A stretch of DNA of 64,000 nt, taken from positions 71,593 through 135,592 of the forward strand of contig CAWFAZ010000049.1 of NCBI GenBank assembly GCA_963813995.1, written 5' to 3'. The position numbers and the translations under genes are program-made. Below are positions 1 through 9,575 of this stretch, piece after piece. The notes under the pieces are model-generated. The model saw nothing but the letters and a program-made list of their open reading frames with translations, made no database searches and was not told the DNA's origin. This DNA comes from an uncultured Verrucomicrobiae bacterium. GTDB taxonomy: Bacteria > Verrucomicrobiota > Verrucomicrobiia > Limisphaerales > Palsa-1400. Numbering within the stretch: the first letter of the stretch is position 1; each line of letters opens with the position of its first letter.

Positions 1-199
1 GGGCGGCCCGGCCGGCGGCCCCTGCGCCGTCCAATAATTTGCGCATGACGGTCCATACTTGTTTGATTTGCTGATGGATCGTTTCGAGCAAATCGATGGC
101 TTGTTGGCGGGCCAGCAGGGCGCGGACATATTCCTGGAGGGCCTCCTGTTCCGGGTTTGCGACGGCGTAATCGGCTTGGCTGTAGTGCGTATCAATCAT
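1..199 (-). CDS. hypothetical protein, 5' end only (gene runs off left edge)
   Basis: Reverse-strand ATG at 199-197 opens a frame (MIDTHYSQADYAVANPEQEALQEYVRALLARQQAIDLL...) that stays open to position 1, with GC-rich third positions like neighbouring genes. No family recognised. Confidence 0.35.
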   Translation of the reverse strand, partial: MIDTHYSQADYAVANPEQEALQEYVRALLARQQAIDLLETIHQQIKQVWTVMRKLLDGAGAAGRAA

Positions 200-458
200 A
201 AATGGCAATGTCTTCACCCACCACCAAGCAACCAATGTGCCACAATTCAAAGAAGGCGAATAGCCGGACAAATGACCGTTGGCACGGGCTGGAGTCGGAA
301 TTTATTACCAGCCACATTCGGGGGATGGGAAAGAATGTCGCGTTTGCGAGCCTGTGGATTGCCAGCGGCCCCATGTTCATTTCCGAGTTGGGAATTGCAT
401 GCCCTGGTTCTGCGCTTGGAGCTTGAGGAGTGAGCCGTGGAACGTTTTACTTATCCTG

Positions 459-2408
459 ATGGACGATTCGCATGGCAAACGTCAAACCTGGCTCATCTGC
501 CTGGGGCTGGCGCTGGCCGTTCTGGCCGCCTACAGTCCGCTGTGGCATTGCCAATTTGTCTTGTTCGACGATAACGATTACGTCACCTCCAACGACATGG
601 TGAAGCAAGGGGTCAGTTGGCCGGCCATCGTTTGGGCATTCTCGACTGTCCATGCCAGCAACTGGCATCCATTGACCTGGATTTCGCACATGGTGGATTT
701 TCAGCTCTACGGAATGAACCCCGCCGACCACCACATCACCAGCCTGCTTTTGCATCTGGCCAATTCCATCCTCCTTTTTCTGCTGTTGCAACGCATGACC
801 CGGGCGCGGTGGCCCGGCGCGCTGGCCGCCGCTCTCTTCGCGCTGCATCCGTTGCACGTCGAGTCGGTGGCCTGGATTTCCGAACGCAAGGACGTGTTGA
901 GCACGTTGTTTTGGGTGCTGTCGGTTGGGGCGTACGTCCGTTATGCGGAGGAGTCCGCGGCGAACAGCCCGAAGTCCAAAACCTTTTACATCGGGTCGGT
1001 CGTCTTGTTCGCGCTGGGGCTGATGGCCAAGCCGATGCTGGTCACGCTGCCGTTCATTTTACTTCTTCTTGACTATTGGCCCTTGCAGCGCCTCCGGCCG
1101 CCCGTCGTCCGGTTGCTGGCGGAAAAGATGCCGTGGTTCATTCTGGCTGTTGCGTCGTGCGTCGTTACTTTTGTGGCGCAGCAGCGCGGCGGCTCGCTGG
1201 CGTCGATGGCCAGTGTGCCGCTGTGGGCGCGTTTGGAAAACGTGCCCGTTGCTTACGCCCGCTATCTGGGAAGAACCTTCAACCCTGTCGATTTGGCGGT
1301 GTATTATCCGCTTCCCCGCCAATGGCCGGTTTGGGAAGTGGCCGGCTCCATCGCGCTCCTGGCGCTGATAACGGCTTGGGTGGTTTGGCGCGTCCGCGCG
1401 CAACGGTATTTGGCGGTGGGCTGGCTGTGGTTTCTGGGGATGTTGGCGCCCGTCATCGGGTTGGTTCACGTCGGCGCGCAGTCCATGGCCGACCGCTACG
1501 ATTATCTTCCCAGCGTTGGACTGTTTATCATGATCATCTGGGCGGCGCGTGAATGGGTTCCGCGCTTGGGTGCGCAGGCTCCGGTCATTTTGGGAGGGCT
1601 GGCCGCGGCGGGTTGCCTGGCGGCAACTCGAATCCAGGCGCAGTATTGGAAGGACAGCGAAACCCTCTTTCGCCACGCTCTCGCAGTCACGGGGCAAAAC
1701 GGCCTCATGGAAAGCAATCTGGGCAAGGTTCTTCTCCAGGAAGGCCGCGTGGATGAGGCGCTGCCCCACCTGCTTCAAGCCGTGGAGTTCGCTCCCGATT
1801 ATCCGCTGCCTCATTACAACCTGGGCACCGCGTTGCTGGCCAGGGGGAAAGTGGCCGAGGCGCTCAGTCAATTTGAGATTCACGTTCGTCTTGCCCCGCG
1901 CGACCCTGTTGCCCAATACAACTTCGGCAGCGTTCTGCTGGCTCAAGGGCTGGCTGAAGACGCCATTCCCCATTTGGAAAAGGCCGTCCAAATCCGCCCC
2001 GGCTTGGCCGATTACCATTGCAAGCTGGGCGACGCCTGCCGCCGGGCGGGCCGCGCGGCGGAGGCGATCAGTCAATATGAAACAACACTGCAAATCCTCC
2101 CCCATCACGCCAGGGCCGCCTCCAGCCTGGCCTGGATGCTGGCCACCCATCCGGACCCTTCCCTCCGCAACGGCGCCCGGGCCGTCCAACTGGCCCTGCT
2201 CGCCGATCAACTTTCAGGCGGACAAGACCCGAAGGTGGTCGGTATTCTGGCCGCGGCTTATGCGGAAGCGGGGGATTTCCCAAAAGCCATCGCCACCGTG
2301 CGGCGCGCATTGCAGTTGGCCGGCGCGGAGAGCGATTCCGCGCTGGCCGGGGCGCTGCGGGCGCAACTGGCTTCTTATGGCGCCGGTTCGCCATTTCGCG
2401 AAAAGTAA
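459..2408 (+). CDS. TMTC/PMT-like multi-pass membrane (GT-C type) protein with C-terminal TPR repeats
   Basis: Part of ORF 279-2408. ATG at 459 (MDDSHGK...) precedes the first TM segment. DD-containing first loop (VLFDDNDYVTSN). NWHPLTWISHM and FALHPLHVESVAWISERKD motifs resemble the DUF1736/TMTC family. Several 34-aa TPR units at the C terminus. Paralog at 26375-28849. Confidence 0.75.
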   Translation: MDDSHGKRQTWLICLGLALAVLAAYSPLWHCQFVLFDDNDYVTSNDMVKQGVSWPAIVWAFSTVHASNWHPLTWISHMVDFQLYGMNPADHHITSLLLHLANSILLFLLLQRMTRARWPGALAAALFALHPLHVESVAWISERKDVLSTLFWVLSVGAYVRYAEESAANSPKSKTFYIGSVVLFALGLMAKPMLVTLPFILLLLDYWPLQRLRPPVVRLLAEKMPWFILAVASCVVTFVAQQRGGSLASMASVPLWARLENVPVAYARYLGRTFNPVDLAVYYPLPRQWPVWEVAGSIALLALITAWVVWRVRAQRYLAVGWLWFLGMLAPVIGLVHVGAQSMADRYDYLPSVGLFIMIIWAAREWVPRLGAQAPVILGGLAAAGCLAATRIQAQYWKDSETLFRHALAVTGQNGLMESNLGKVLLQEGRVDEALPHLLQAVEFAPDYPLPHYNLGTALLARGKVAEALSQFEIHVRLAPRDPVAQYNFGSVLLAQGLAEDAIPHLEKAVQIRPGLADYHCKLGDACRRAGRAAEAISQYETTLQILPHHARAASSLAWMLATHPDPSLRNGARAVQLALLADQLSGGQDPKVVGILAAAYAEAGDFPKAIATVRRALQLAGAESDSALAGALRAQLASYGAGSPFREK

Positions 2409-2460
2409 GAATTAAGAAAAATGAAAAACAGCCGGGATGCCTTTTTTGACTTCTTAATTC
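2409..2460. terminator. 10-bp perfect inverted repeat between convergent genes (possible bidirectional terminator)
   Basis: GAATTAAGAA (2409-2418) and TTCTTAATTC (2451-2460) flank 32 nt that include a T6 run. Sits between the stop at 2408 (+) and the ribF stop at 2459 (-). The stem is AT-rich, so this is weak. Confidence 0.3.
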
Positions 2461-3385
2461 ATACTTCCTGCTTCTTGCTTTCTTCCACGTCCCGTTCAAT
2501 CTGCTGTTGCAGGGCGGCCGCCGATGGGAATTGGCGTTCTTCGCGCAGTTTCTTGAGGAACGTCAATTCGATTTCCTGGCCGTAAATGTCTCCCGCAAAA
2601 TCCAGCAGGTGCGCTTCCACGCACAATCCGCCTTCGGATGAATACACGGTGGGACGGCGGCCGATGTTGACCGCCGCGCGATGAGTTTCCCCGCCCCATC
2701 GCGCGTCCGCCGCATAGACGCCTGCGGGCGGAACAAGGATGCCGGCCACATCGAGATTGGCCGTCGGGAAACCGAGCTTTCGTCCGAGACGCGCGCCGGC
2801 GATGACCGGCCCGCACAAGGTGTAGGTCCGGCCCAGCATTTGCCCGGCCAAATCAAACTGGACCGCGCGAACGGCCTCGCGAATGCGAGTGCTGCTCACG
2901 GGCTGGCCGCCCAGGAAAACATCGGGCAGGGCATGGAGCGCGAAGCCCAATTCCCCTCCCAGCGCCTTGAGCAGCGCGACATCGCCCGAACGCCGGTGGC
3001 CGAACAGAAACGTCTCCCCCACACAAATGCCGCGAATGGCCTTGAAATCGCGCGCCAGGCTGCGAACGAATTGTTCGCCGGAAATTTCGCTGAAGGGCTT
3101 GTCAAAATGAATGACGCAGGCGGCGTCCAGGCCGAGGGAGGCGATGACCCGCAGTTTCTTCGGGAGCGGATAGATGAGCGGCGGAACATTTTGCGGCGTG
3201 ACAACGGCGTTGGGATGGCGGTCGAACGTGACCACGACCGAAATGGCGCCGTGTTGCCGCGCTTCCTGGCGGGCACGGCCAATGACGCTTTGGTGGCCCA
3301 GATGCACGCCATCGAAAACGCCAATGGCCAGGCAAACGCCGCCCGGCCCGGGGTTCAAATCAGCGGCGGCATGGATGACATTCAT
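2459..3385 (-). CDS. ribF: bifunctional riboflavin kinase / FAD synthetase
   Basis: 308 aa. N-terminal FAD synthetase motifs (GVFDGVHLGHQ) and C-terminal riboflavin kinase region (FPTANL, GRRPT). Last gene of the nusA-infB operon. Confidence 0.9.
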   Translation of the reverse strand: MNVIHAAADLNPGPGGVCLAIGVFDGVHLGHQSVIGRARQEARQHGAISVVVTFDRHPNAVVTPQNVPPLIYPLPKKLRVIASLGLDAACVIHFDKPFSEISGEQFVRSLARDFKAIRGICVGETFLFGHRRSGDVALLKALGGELGFALHALPDVFLGGQPVSSTRIREAVRAVQFDLAGQMLGRTYTLCGPVIAGARLGRKLGFPTANLDVAGILVPPAGVYAADARWGGETHRAAVNIGRRPTVYSSEGGLCVEAHLLDFAGDIYGQEIELTFLKKLREERQFPSAAALQQQIERDVEESKKQEV

Positions 3386-3406
3386 CGAACAGGAGGCCGG
3401 TGTGTT

Positions 3407-4123
3407 TCAACCCGGCTGCGCCAGTTTCAAGAAGGGCAGGACCCGCTTCTGCAACTCACTGGATGAGAGCTTGAGAGCGTCTTCAAAAGGGATCGAGTCC
3501 TTTACGTCAAATTTCCCGGAAACGACCCGCCGCAAGGAAGCCAGATGCGCGCCGCAACCGATTTTTTGGCCGACTTCGTGGGCCAGGGCGCGCACGTAGG
3601 TGCCCTTGGTGCAGGCGATGCGGAATTGGCCGAGCGGCTCGGAGTAGCTGGCAAAACGAAAGCTGTAAATGTGAATCAGGCGCGCTTTGCGTTCCACTTC
3701 AATGCCCTTGCGGGCCATTTTGTAAAGAGGCACGCCCTTGATCTTGACGGCCGAAACCATGGGAGGCGTTTGCATCAGGTCGCCCTGGAAAGTGGCCGCC
3801 GTGGCGTTCAACTCCTCCAGCGTGAGGGGCGGCACGGGCAATGAGGAAACCAGTTCGCCGTCGGCGTCGTAACTATCCGTTGTCTCGCCGAATTTTATCG
3901 CGCCCTCATAGACTTTGTCATCGGACATGAGCTTTTCGGAAAGCTTGGTGCCTTTTCCCAAAACGATGATGAGCAGACCGGTGGCGTTGGGGTCAAGGGT
4001 TCCGCAATGGCCGGCCTTTTCCAGTCGAAAGGCGCGGCGCAACGCGTCCACCACGTCGTGCGAGGTCGGCCCCGCCGGTTTGTCAATCAGGACCGCGCCA
4101 TCGAATGGATCAAAGGAATGCAT
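3407..4123 (-). CDS. truB: tRNA pseudouridine(55) synthase
   Basis: 238 aa. LIDKPAGPTSHDVV and catalytic GTLDP motif. Conserved operon position after rbfA. Confidence 0.92.
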   Translation of the reverse strand: MHSFDPFDGAVLIDKPAGPTSHDVVDALRRAFRLEKAGHCGTLDPNATGLLIIVLGKGTKLSEKLMSDDKVYEGAIKFGETTDSYDADGELVSSLPVPPLTLEELNATAATFQGDLMQTPPMVSAVKIKGVPLYKMARKGIEVERKARLIHIYSFRFASYSEPLGQFRIACTKGTYVRALAHEVGQKIGCGAHLASLRRVVSGKFDVKDSIPFEDALKLSSSELQKRVLPFLKLAQPG

Positions 4124-4126
4124 GAA

Positions 4127-5110
4127 TCAGCGGGCGGAATCGAGGGCCTTTTTAATCGCGCCGATCACCCGGCGCTGCACGGAAAGGGGTTGGCCGGCAA
4201 TGCGCGCGCCGGCCGCCGCCGCGTGGCCGCCGCCGCCAAATTGCGAGAGGATTTCGTTGACATTGATCTGCGGAGATTTCGAGCGCAGGCTCACGCGGAT
4301 CAGGTCCTCCCCGACTTCTTCAAAAACGCACGCGACCACCACCGGTTCGATGGCGCGAATATGATCGATCAGGCCCTCGGTATCGCTGCGATCCGCCCCG
4401 GTGCGCGCGAAATCCTTCTTCTTGAGCCAAAGCCAGGCGATCTGGTTGTTGTGCGTCAGGTGAAAATGGCTGTAAACGTGCTTGAGCAAACGGACGCGGG
4501 AGAGGGAAAATGACTGATAGACCTCGTGACAAATGGTTTCCAGGTTCGCCCCCAGCCTCACCAGTTCGCCGGCGGTGTGATAGGTCAACGGCTTGGTGGT
4601 GGGATATTGGAAGGAACCCGTGTCGGTCGAAACCGCCGTGAACAGGCAATCGGCAATGGCAGGCGTGATGGGCCAGTTGGCCGCTTGCAACAGCCGGAAA
4701 ATCAATTCGCCCGTGGACGCTTCGCGCGCCGAAATCCAGTTCAAATCCCCGTAGCGCGTGTTGCTCTGATGATGGTCGATGTTGATGAGGAATTTGCGCT
4801 GCCCGACGGCCGGAGCCACCGTGCCCAAGCGGTCGAAAGAGGCGCAATCGACCGTGAAGACCAGGTCGAACACCTGCGCGCCGCCGGGTTTTTGCAGGAG
4901 TTTGTCCGGATCCAGGAAAGCATACTTTTGCGGCATGTCGTCTTCGTTCCAACAGGAAACGTCCTTGCCCTGCTTGCGCAAGGCCAGGGTCAGGCCCAAT
5001 TCCGAGCCGACGCAATCGCCATCGGGACGAACATGGCCCGCGACGCAGATGGACTGGCTTTCGGCGATCCTGTCCAGAATGCGGTCAATGATCTTGAGGT
5101 GGGATTTCAT
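4127..5110 (-). CDS. DHH/DHHA1 family phosphoesterase (NrnA-like oligoribonuclease/pAp phosphatase)
   Basis: 327 aa. DHH motif (INIDHHQSN) and DHHA1 motif (GGGGHAAAAG). 4-nt overlap with the rbfA stop. Confidence 0.85.
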   Translation of the reverse strand: MKSHLKIIDRILDRIAESQSICVAGHVRPDGDCVGSELGLTLALRKQGKDVSCWNEDDMPQKYAFLDPDKLLQKPGGAQVFDLVFTVDCASFDRLGTVAPAVGQRKFLINIDHHQSNTRYGDLNWISAREASTGELIFRLLQAANWPITPAIADCLFTAVSTDTGSFQYPTTKPLTYHTAGELVRLGANLETICHEVYQSFSLSRVRLLKHVYSHFHLTHNNQIAWLWLKKKDFARTGADRSDTEGLIDHIRAIEPVVVACVFEEVGEDLIRVSLRSKSPQINVNEILSQFGGGGHAAAAGARIAGQPLSVQRRVIGAIKKALDSAR

Positions 5111-5466
5111 TCCGGTTCCGGGGGGAAGGATTTCTCCAATTCGTCCAGGATTCTCAACACCCGATTGCCCCGTTCAATGGACTCATCGAGGATGAAGCGC
5201 AGTTGCGGGGTGTATTTGAGAACGATGGCCCTGCCGACCATGCCTTGAATGCGTTTGCGCTTTTTCTCCAGCTCCTCCATGGCCCTTTTCTTTTGGGCGT
5301 CGCCGCCCAGGACCCCGACGAAGACCGAGGCCGTTTTCAGATTGGGGGCGACGTTGACGTCGTTGACATTAATCAGGCCGACTTCGCTGACGGGCAATTC
5401 GCGGCGGATGACTTCGCCGATTTCGCGCTTCAACAATTTGCGCACGCGTTCCATTCTCAGGGACAT
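5107..5466 (-). CDS. rbfA: ribosome-binding factor A
   Basis: ORF 5107-5607. Start placed at the internal ATG at 5466 (MSLRMERVRKLLKREIGEVI...), giving a typical ~120-aa RbfA. Lies immediately downstream of infB. Confidence 0.88.
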   Translation of the reverse strand: MSLRMERVRKLLKREIGEVIRRELPVSEVGLINVNDVNVAPNLKTASVFVGVLGGDAQKKRAMEELEKKRKRIQGMVGRAIVLKYTPQLRFILDESIERGNRVLRILDELEKSFPPEPE

Positions 5467-5482
5467 GGCAACCTCCTGGGTA

Positions 5483-7960
5483 TCAAGCCACTTTCGGGGC
5501 TGTTTTTTCGGTGGTGTAACATTCGATGGCATCGCCGACCTGCATTTCATTGAAACCTTCGATGCGGATGCCGCACTCCATGCCGGCGCGCACTTCGTTG
5601 ACTTCATCCTGGAACCGGCGCAGGGTCTGGATAATGCCTTCGTAAATCAAGCCTTTGCGGCGCAGGACGCGGGCTTTTCCACGCACGATGCGCCCGCTGC
5701 TCACCATGCAGCCGGCCACGTTGCCGCCTTTGGACAATTCGAAAATCTTGCGGACTTCCGCCGAACCAATCACGACCTCCTTGACATCCGGCTCCAGCAA
5801 ACCGGCCATCGCCTCTTTGACCTGATCGATCAGTTCATAAATGATGGAATACAGTTTGATCTGCACGCCCTCCCGCTTGGCCAGATCGGCCACGTCAACA
5901 TCGATGCGCGTGTGAAAGCCAAGAATGATGGCCTCGGAAGCCGAGGCGAGCAGCACATCGGATTCCGTAATCGTCCCAACCGCGCTGTGGATCACTTCCA
6001 ACGAAACCAGGCCGCCTTCGATTTTCTTGAGCGCTTCGACAATGGCCTCAACCGAACCTTGCATGTCCGCTTTGACGACCACTCCGAGCGCCTTGGCCTG
6101 TGAAGCGTCGAGCGTGGCAAACAGATTCTCCAGCGTGACTTTGGCCCGGATTTCGGTCGATTGCGTCCGCGCCTCCTGGGTGCGTTGGTCGGCCAGGTCC
6201 CGCGCGGCTTTTTCGTCTTCCAGGACGCTGAATTCCAAGCCGGCTTCGGGAATCCCGTTGAGACCGAGGATTTTCACCGCGACCGAGGGGCCGGCCTCTT
6301 TCTGGCGCGCGCCTTCCTCGCTGATCAGAGCACGCACTTTGCCCCAGTAGGGGCCGCAAATCACCACGTCGCCCACCCGCAAAGTGCCTTTGCGCACCAA
6401 CACGGTGGCGGTGGGGCCGCCGGGTTCCAGACCCGACTCGATCACGTTGCCTTTGGCGCGACGATCCGGGTTGGCCTTCAGTTCGAGCAAATCGGCCTGC
6501 AGTAATATCATTTCCAACAGCTTGTCAACGCCCTGCTTGGTCAACGCGGAGACATCGACGAAAATCGTTTCCCCGCCCCAGTCGTCCGGCACCAGGCCCC
6601 TTTCCTGGAGTTGCTGGCGGACTTTCATCGGATTGGCGTTGGGATGGTCGCACTTGTTGACTGCCACAAGAATGGGGACCCTGGCCGCTTGCGCGTGACT
6701 CAGCGCCTCCAACGTTTGCGGCATGACGCCGTCATTGGCCGCCACCACCAGTACCACGATATCCGTCACCGTCGCCCCGCGCGCGCGCATGGCGCTGAAG
6801 GCGGCGTGGCCCGGGGTGTCCAGAAATGTGATTTGTTGCAGGTCATTTTTCCGCTCCGGATGAGGAAACGAGATCGTGTAGGCGCCAATATGCTGGGTGA
6901 TCCCGCCGGCTTCCCCCGCCGCCACGTTGGCTTTCCGAATCCCGTCCAGCAGGGTCGTTTTGCCGTGATCGACATGCCCCATGATGGTGACCACTGGCGG
7001 GCGCGGCTTCATTTCTTCCGGCTTGTCCTCGATGTCCAGCTCGACCTTCCTGACCGGAGTATGGGTCCCGCCGCCCCGCTCCCGCTTTTCCACCTCGAAA
7101 CGGAAATTGTACTTGGCGCAAATCTTTTGCGCGACATCTTCGTCGATGGACTGGTTGACATTGGCAAATACGCCCACTTCCATCAGATCGGCGATGATTT
7201 GAAAGGGTTTGCGCTTCAGTTGCTCCGCCAGATCGCGGACAATGATGGGCGGTTTCAACGTGATCATTTCGCCGGAAGCGGGCGAAACAAACTTGTCCGG
7301 CTTGGGAGGCGCCGGGGTGGCCGGCGGTTTTTGCGCTGATTTCTGCCCCAATCTTTGGCCGGGGAAAGGCTGGGCGGCCGGAGCCGTGGCTCCGCCTCGA
7401 ACAGCGCGAATATCGCCGCGCCGCGCAAAATCAGTTTTGCCGCCGGCGAAACCACGGGCGGCCGGTTTCTCGGGCGGCGGGCGGGGCGCCGGCTTTGCCG
7501 GCAACACAACAAAACCGACCTTTTCACCAATTCCAGGCAAATGGGGCGGCAACGGCGGCGCGGGGGGCGCGGGGGCCGGAATTTCCGCCGGCATAAGCGG
7601 CGGTTCGTGATCCACCTTTGCCGTGGGAGCGGCTGGGGCCGCGGGCGCGGAGGTCCCGACGGCCTCCACTGCCGGCGGCGGGGCCGGGGTTTCGACGGAT
7701 CCTGGCAATGCTTCCGCGGGCGCGGGGGAAACGCCAGGTTCCCGGGCCGGCTCAGATATAAGAGTGATCGGCGCCGGGGGGAGGGGGGGCAATCGAAACA
7801 GCTTGAACCGGTGCGGGAGCGGGTGTTTGAGGGTGCTCCTTGACCAGTTCTTCCTCAAGAAACTCAGCGGTGATTTTGTCCAGCGAACTGGAGGGAACCT
7901 TCGCGGCCGGCATGCCCAATGCCTTGGCCTTGGCAAGCACGACCTTGCTTTCGATGCCAA
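5483..7960 (-). CDS. infB: translation initiation factor IF-2 (main body; the 5' part of this ORF is out of frame, see frameshift finding)
   Basis: G-domain motifs [17 protein letters not shown] and NKCD. Full IF-2 C-terminal domains. Pro/Ala-rich linker. The first ~60 codons of the 825-aa ORF are an out-of-frame read of the region that encodes the IF2 N-domain in ORF 7752-7994. Confidence 0.9.
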   Translation of the reverse strand: MASKARSCLPRPRHWACRPRRFPPVRWTKSPLSFLRKNWSRSTLKHPLPHRFKLFRLPPLPPAPITLISEPAREPGVSPAPAEALPGSVETPAPPPAVEAVGTSAPAAPAAPTAKVDHEPPLMPAEIPAPAPPAPPLPPHLPGIGEKVGFVVLPAKPAPRPPPEKPAARGFAGGKTDFARRGDIRAVRGGATAPAAQPFPGQRLGQKSAQKPPATPAPPKPDKFVSPASGEMITLKPPIIVRDLAEQLKRKPFQIIADLMEVGVFANVNQSIDEDVAQKICAKYNFRFEVEKRERGGGTHTPVRKVELDIEDKPEEMKPRPPVVTIMGHVDHGKTTLLDGIRKANVAAGEAGGITQHIGAYTISFPHPERKNDLQQITFLDTPGHAAFSAMRARGATVTDIVVLVVAANDGVMPQTLEALSHAQAARVPILVAVNKCDHPNANPMKVRQQLQERGLVPDDWGGETIFVDVSALTKQGVDKLLEMILLQADLLELKANPDRRAKGNVIESGLEPGGPTATVLVRKGTLRVGDVVICGPYWGKVRALISEEGARQKEAGPSVAVKILGLNGIPEAGLEFSVLEDEKAARDLADQRTQEARTQSTEIRAKVTLENLFATLDASQAKALGVVVKADMQGSVEAIVEALKKIEGGLVSLEVIHSAVGTITESDVLLASASEAIILGFHTRIDVDVADLAKREGVQIKLYSIIYELIDQVKEAMAGLLEPDVKEVVIGSAEVRKIFELSKGGNVAGCMVSSGRIVRGKARVLRRKGLIYEGIIQTLRRFQDEVNEVRAGMECGIRIEGFNEMQVGDAIECYTTEKTAPKVA

Positions 7961-7994
7961 GTTTCTTTGCTAAGTCGTAAATACGAACGGGCAT
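7752..7994 (-). pseudogene. infB: IF-2 N-terminal domain fragment, separated from the infB body by a 1-nt frameshift
   Basis: [48 protein letters not shown] is a typical IF2_N domain. Its frame stops at 7752, just after a C7-T-C6 tract (plus strand G6-A-G7, 7776-7789). Removing one C joins it to ORF 5483-7960. Confidence 0.8.
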
Positions 7995-8072
7995 AATAAT
8001 TTTTCGGGCAATTGGCCCACAAAGCTCTCATGACCTTAACATGCCAACATTGTGAACTTCCAGCCCATATAA

Positions 8073-9356
8073 TCAGGGCGACTCCGGCTTGGCGGGGGTT
8101 TCCCCGCCATTGCGCCGCGCCGCTTCGGCCTTGATTGCTTCCATGATCGCAGGCGCCTGGCCCTTGATCAGGTCAATCTGTTCCAAATCACTCGATTCCG
8201 CCTGAAACAAAGCTTCCAAAGTCGAAAATCCCGCGTGCACCAAAACACTGGCGATTTCCGGGGTGAGGCCGGGAACGGCGGCGATGGTTTGCACCGCTTG
8301 CGCGACCTTTTCTTCAAAACCAAAGATGACAACCGTTTCCGGTTCGATGTCAATTTGCCAGCCCGTCAGCTTCGATGTCAGGCGGGCGTTTTGGCCGCGC
8401 TTGCCGATGGCCAGGGAAAGCTGGTCCTCCGCCACCATGATTTTCACCCGGTGCCGGGCTTCATCCACGATGAACGCCTTGAGTTGGGCGGGGGCCAGCG
8501 CGTTGGCAATATAGTTCTTGATGTTCGCGTCCCACTTGATGATATCGACCTTTTCGTTGTTCAGCTCGCGCACGATATTCTTGACACGCTGGCCGCGCAA
8601 GCCGACACAGGCGCCGACCGGGTCCACCTTCGGGTCGCGGGTATGGACGGCGAGCTTGGTGCGGAAGCCGGGTTCACGGGCAATGCCTTTGACTTCAATG
8701 GTGCCGTCGTTGATTTCCGAAACTTCCAGTTGGAAAAGCTTTATGACAAACTGCGGGTCGGCCCGCGAAAGGATGATCTCGGGGCCGTGCGGCCCGCTTT
8801 CCACGGCCTTCACATAGCAGCGAATGCGTTCGCCAATTTGATATTCCTCGGTCGGGACGCGTTCCCGGTTGGGCAGCAACGCCTCATATTTTCCCAGATC
8901 AATGGTCACGTCGGACCGCTCAAAACGGCGGACGACTCCGCTCATGATGTCACCGACCCGGTCTTTGAATTCCGTAAAAATCAGTTGTTTTTCCGCGCGG
9001 CGAATATGCTGCATCAGCGCCTGCTTGGCGTATTGCGAAGCGATCCGTCCGAATCCCGCCGGGGTGACTTCCTTCTCCAACTCGTCGCCCAATTGGGCGT
9101 CGGCCTTGATGCGGCGGGCGTCAAAAACCGAGATCTGGTCGTGCTTGGAAACGACCTTTTCAGAGACAACCAGCTTGGCAAAGGCCTTGATGTCCCCGTT
9201 CTTGGTATCGATGGCGCAACGCAACTCCCGCGCCGGACCGACCGCCTTTTTTGCGGCCGAAACCAGCGCTTCTTCCACTGCCTGGACCAGGACGTCGCGA
9301 CTAATGCCCTTTTCGCGCTCCCAGAATTCCAACACTGCCAAAAAATCCGCGTTCAT
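8073..9356 (-). CDS. nusA: transcription termination/antitermination factor NusA
   Basis: ORF 8073-9497. ATG at 9356 gives MNADFLAVLEFWEREKGISRDVL..., a typical NusA N terminus. S1 and KH regions (GACVGLRGQRVKNI, AIGKRGQNARL). Confidence 0.92.
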   Translation of the reverse strand: MNADFLAVLEFWEREKGISRDVLVQAVEEALVSAAKKAVGPARELRCAIDTKNGDIKAFAKLVVSEKVVSKHDQISVFDARRIKADAQLGDELEKEVTPAGFGRIASQYAKQALMQHIRRAEKQLIFTEFKDRVGDIMSGVVRRFERSDVTIDLGKYEALLPNRERVPTEEYQIGERIRCYVKAVESGPHGPEIILSRADPQFVIKLFQLEVSEINDGTIEVKGIAREPGFRTKLAVHTRDPKVDPVGACVGLRGQRVKNIVRELNNEKVDIIKWDANIKNYIANALAPAQLKAFIVDEARHRVKIMVAEDQLSLAIGKRGQNARLTSKLTGWQIDIEPETVVIFGFEEKVAQAVQTIAAVPGLTPEIASVLVHAGFSTLEALFQAESSDLEQIDLIKGQAPAIMEAIKAEAARRNGGETPAKPESP

Positions 9357-9575
9357 AACATTTCTATTTTCCCCACACGGGGAATAAAAAAGCCGGCAGA
9401 ACCTGGCTCTCCGACTTCCGCGCTGGACAAATCCAGCAAAACAAACTGTACGTTGCCGGTTCATCATACCCAACCCGGCGCAACCGTCAAGCTCCAAAAC
9501 GCGGTTTTGTTGTGCGTAATGAAAGGCCCGGGAAATTGGTATTTGCCTAAACGGGCTAATGGAGGAGCCCTGCGA

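Noticed and set aside
59-433. Plus-strand ORF of 124 aa at the left edge
   Set aside because: The sequence is not protein-like and overlaps the better reverse-strand frame (ATG at 199 running off the edge) and the promoter region of the TPR gene. Treated as a spurious high-GC ORF.
9357-9575. Missing rimP upstream of nusA, or a hidden small gene in the 220-bp spacer
   Set aside because: The spacer is too short for rimP (about 150 aa) and has no convincing ORF. It only holds a small hairpin TTCCCC-ACAC-GGGGAA next to the nusA start. Absence noted, not interpreted.
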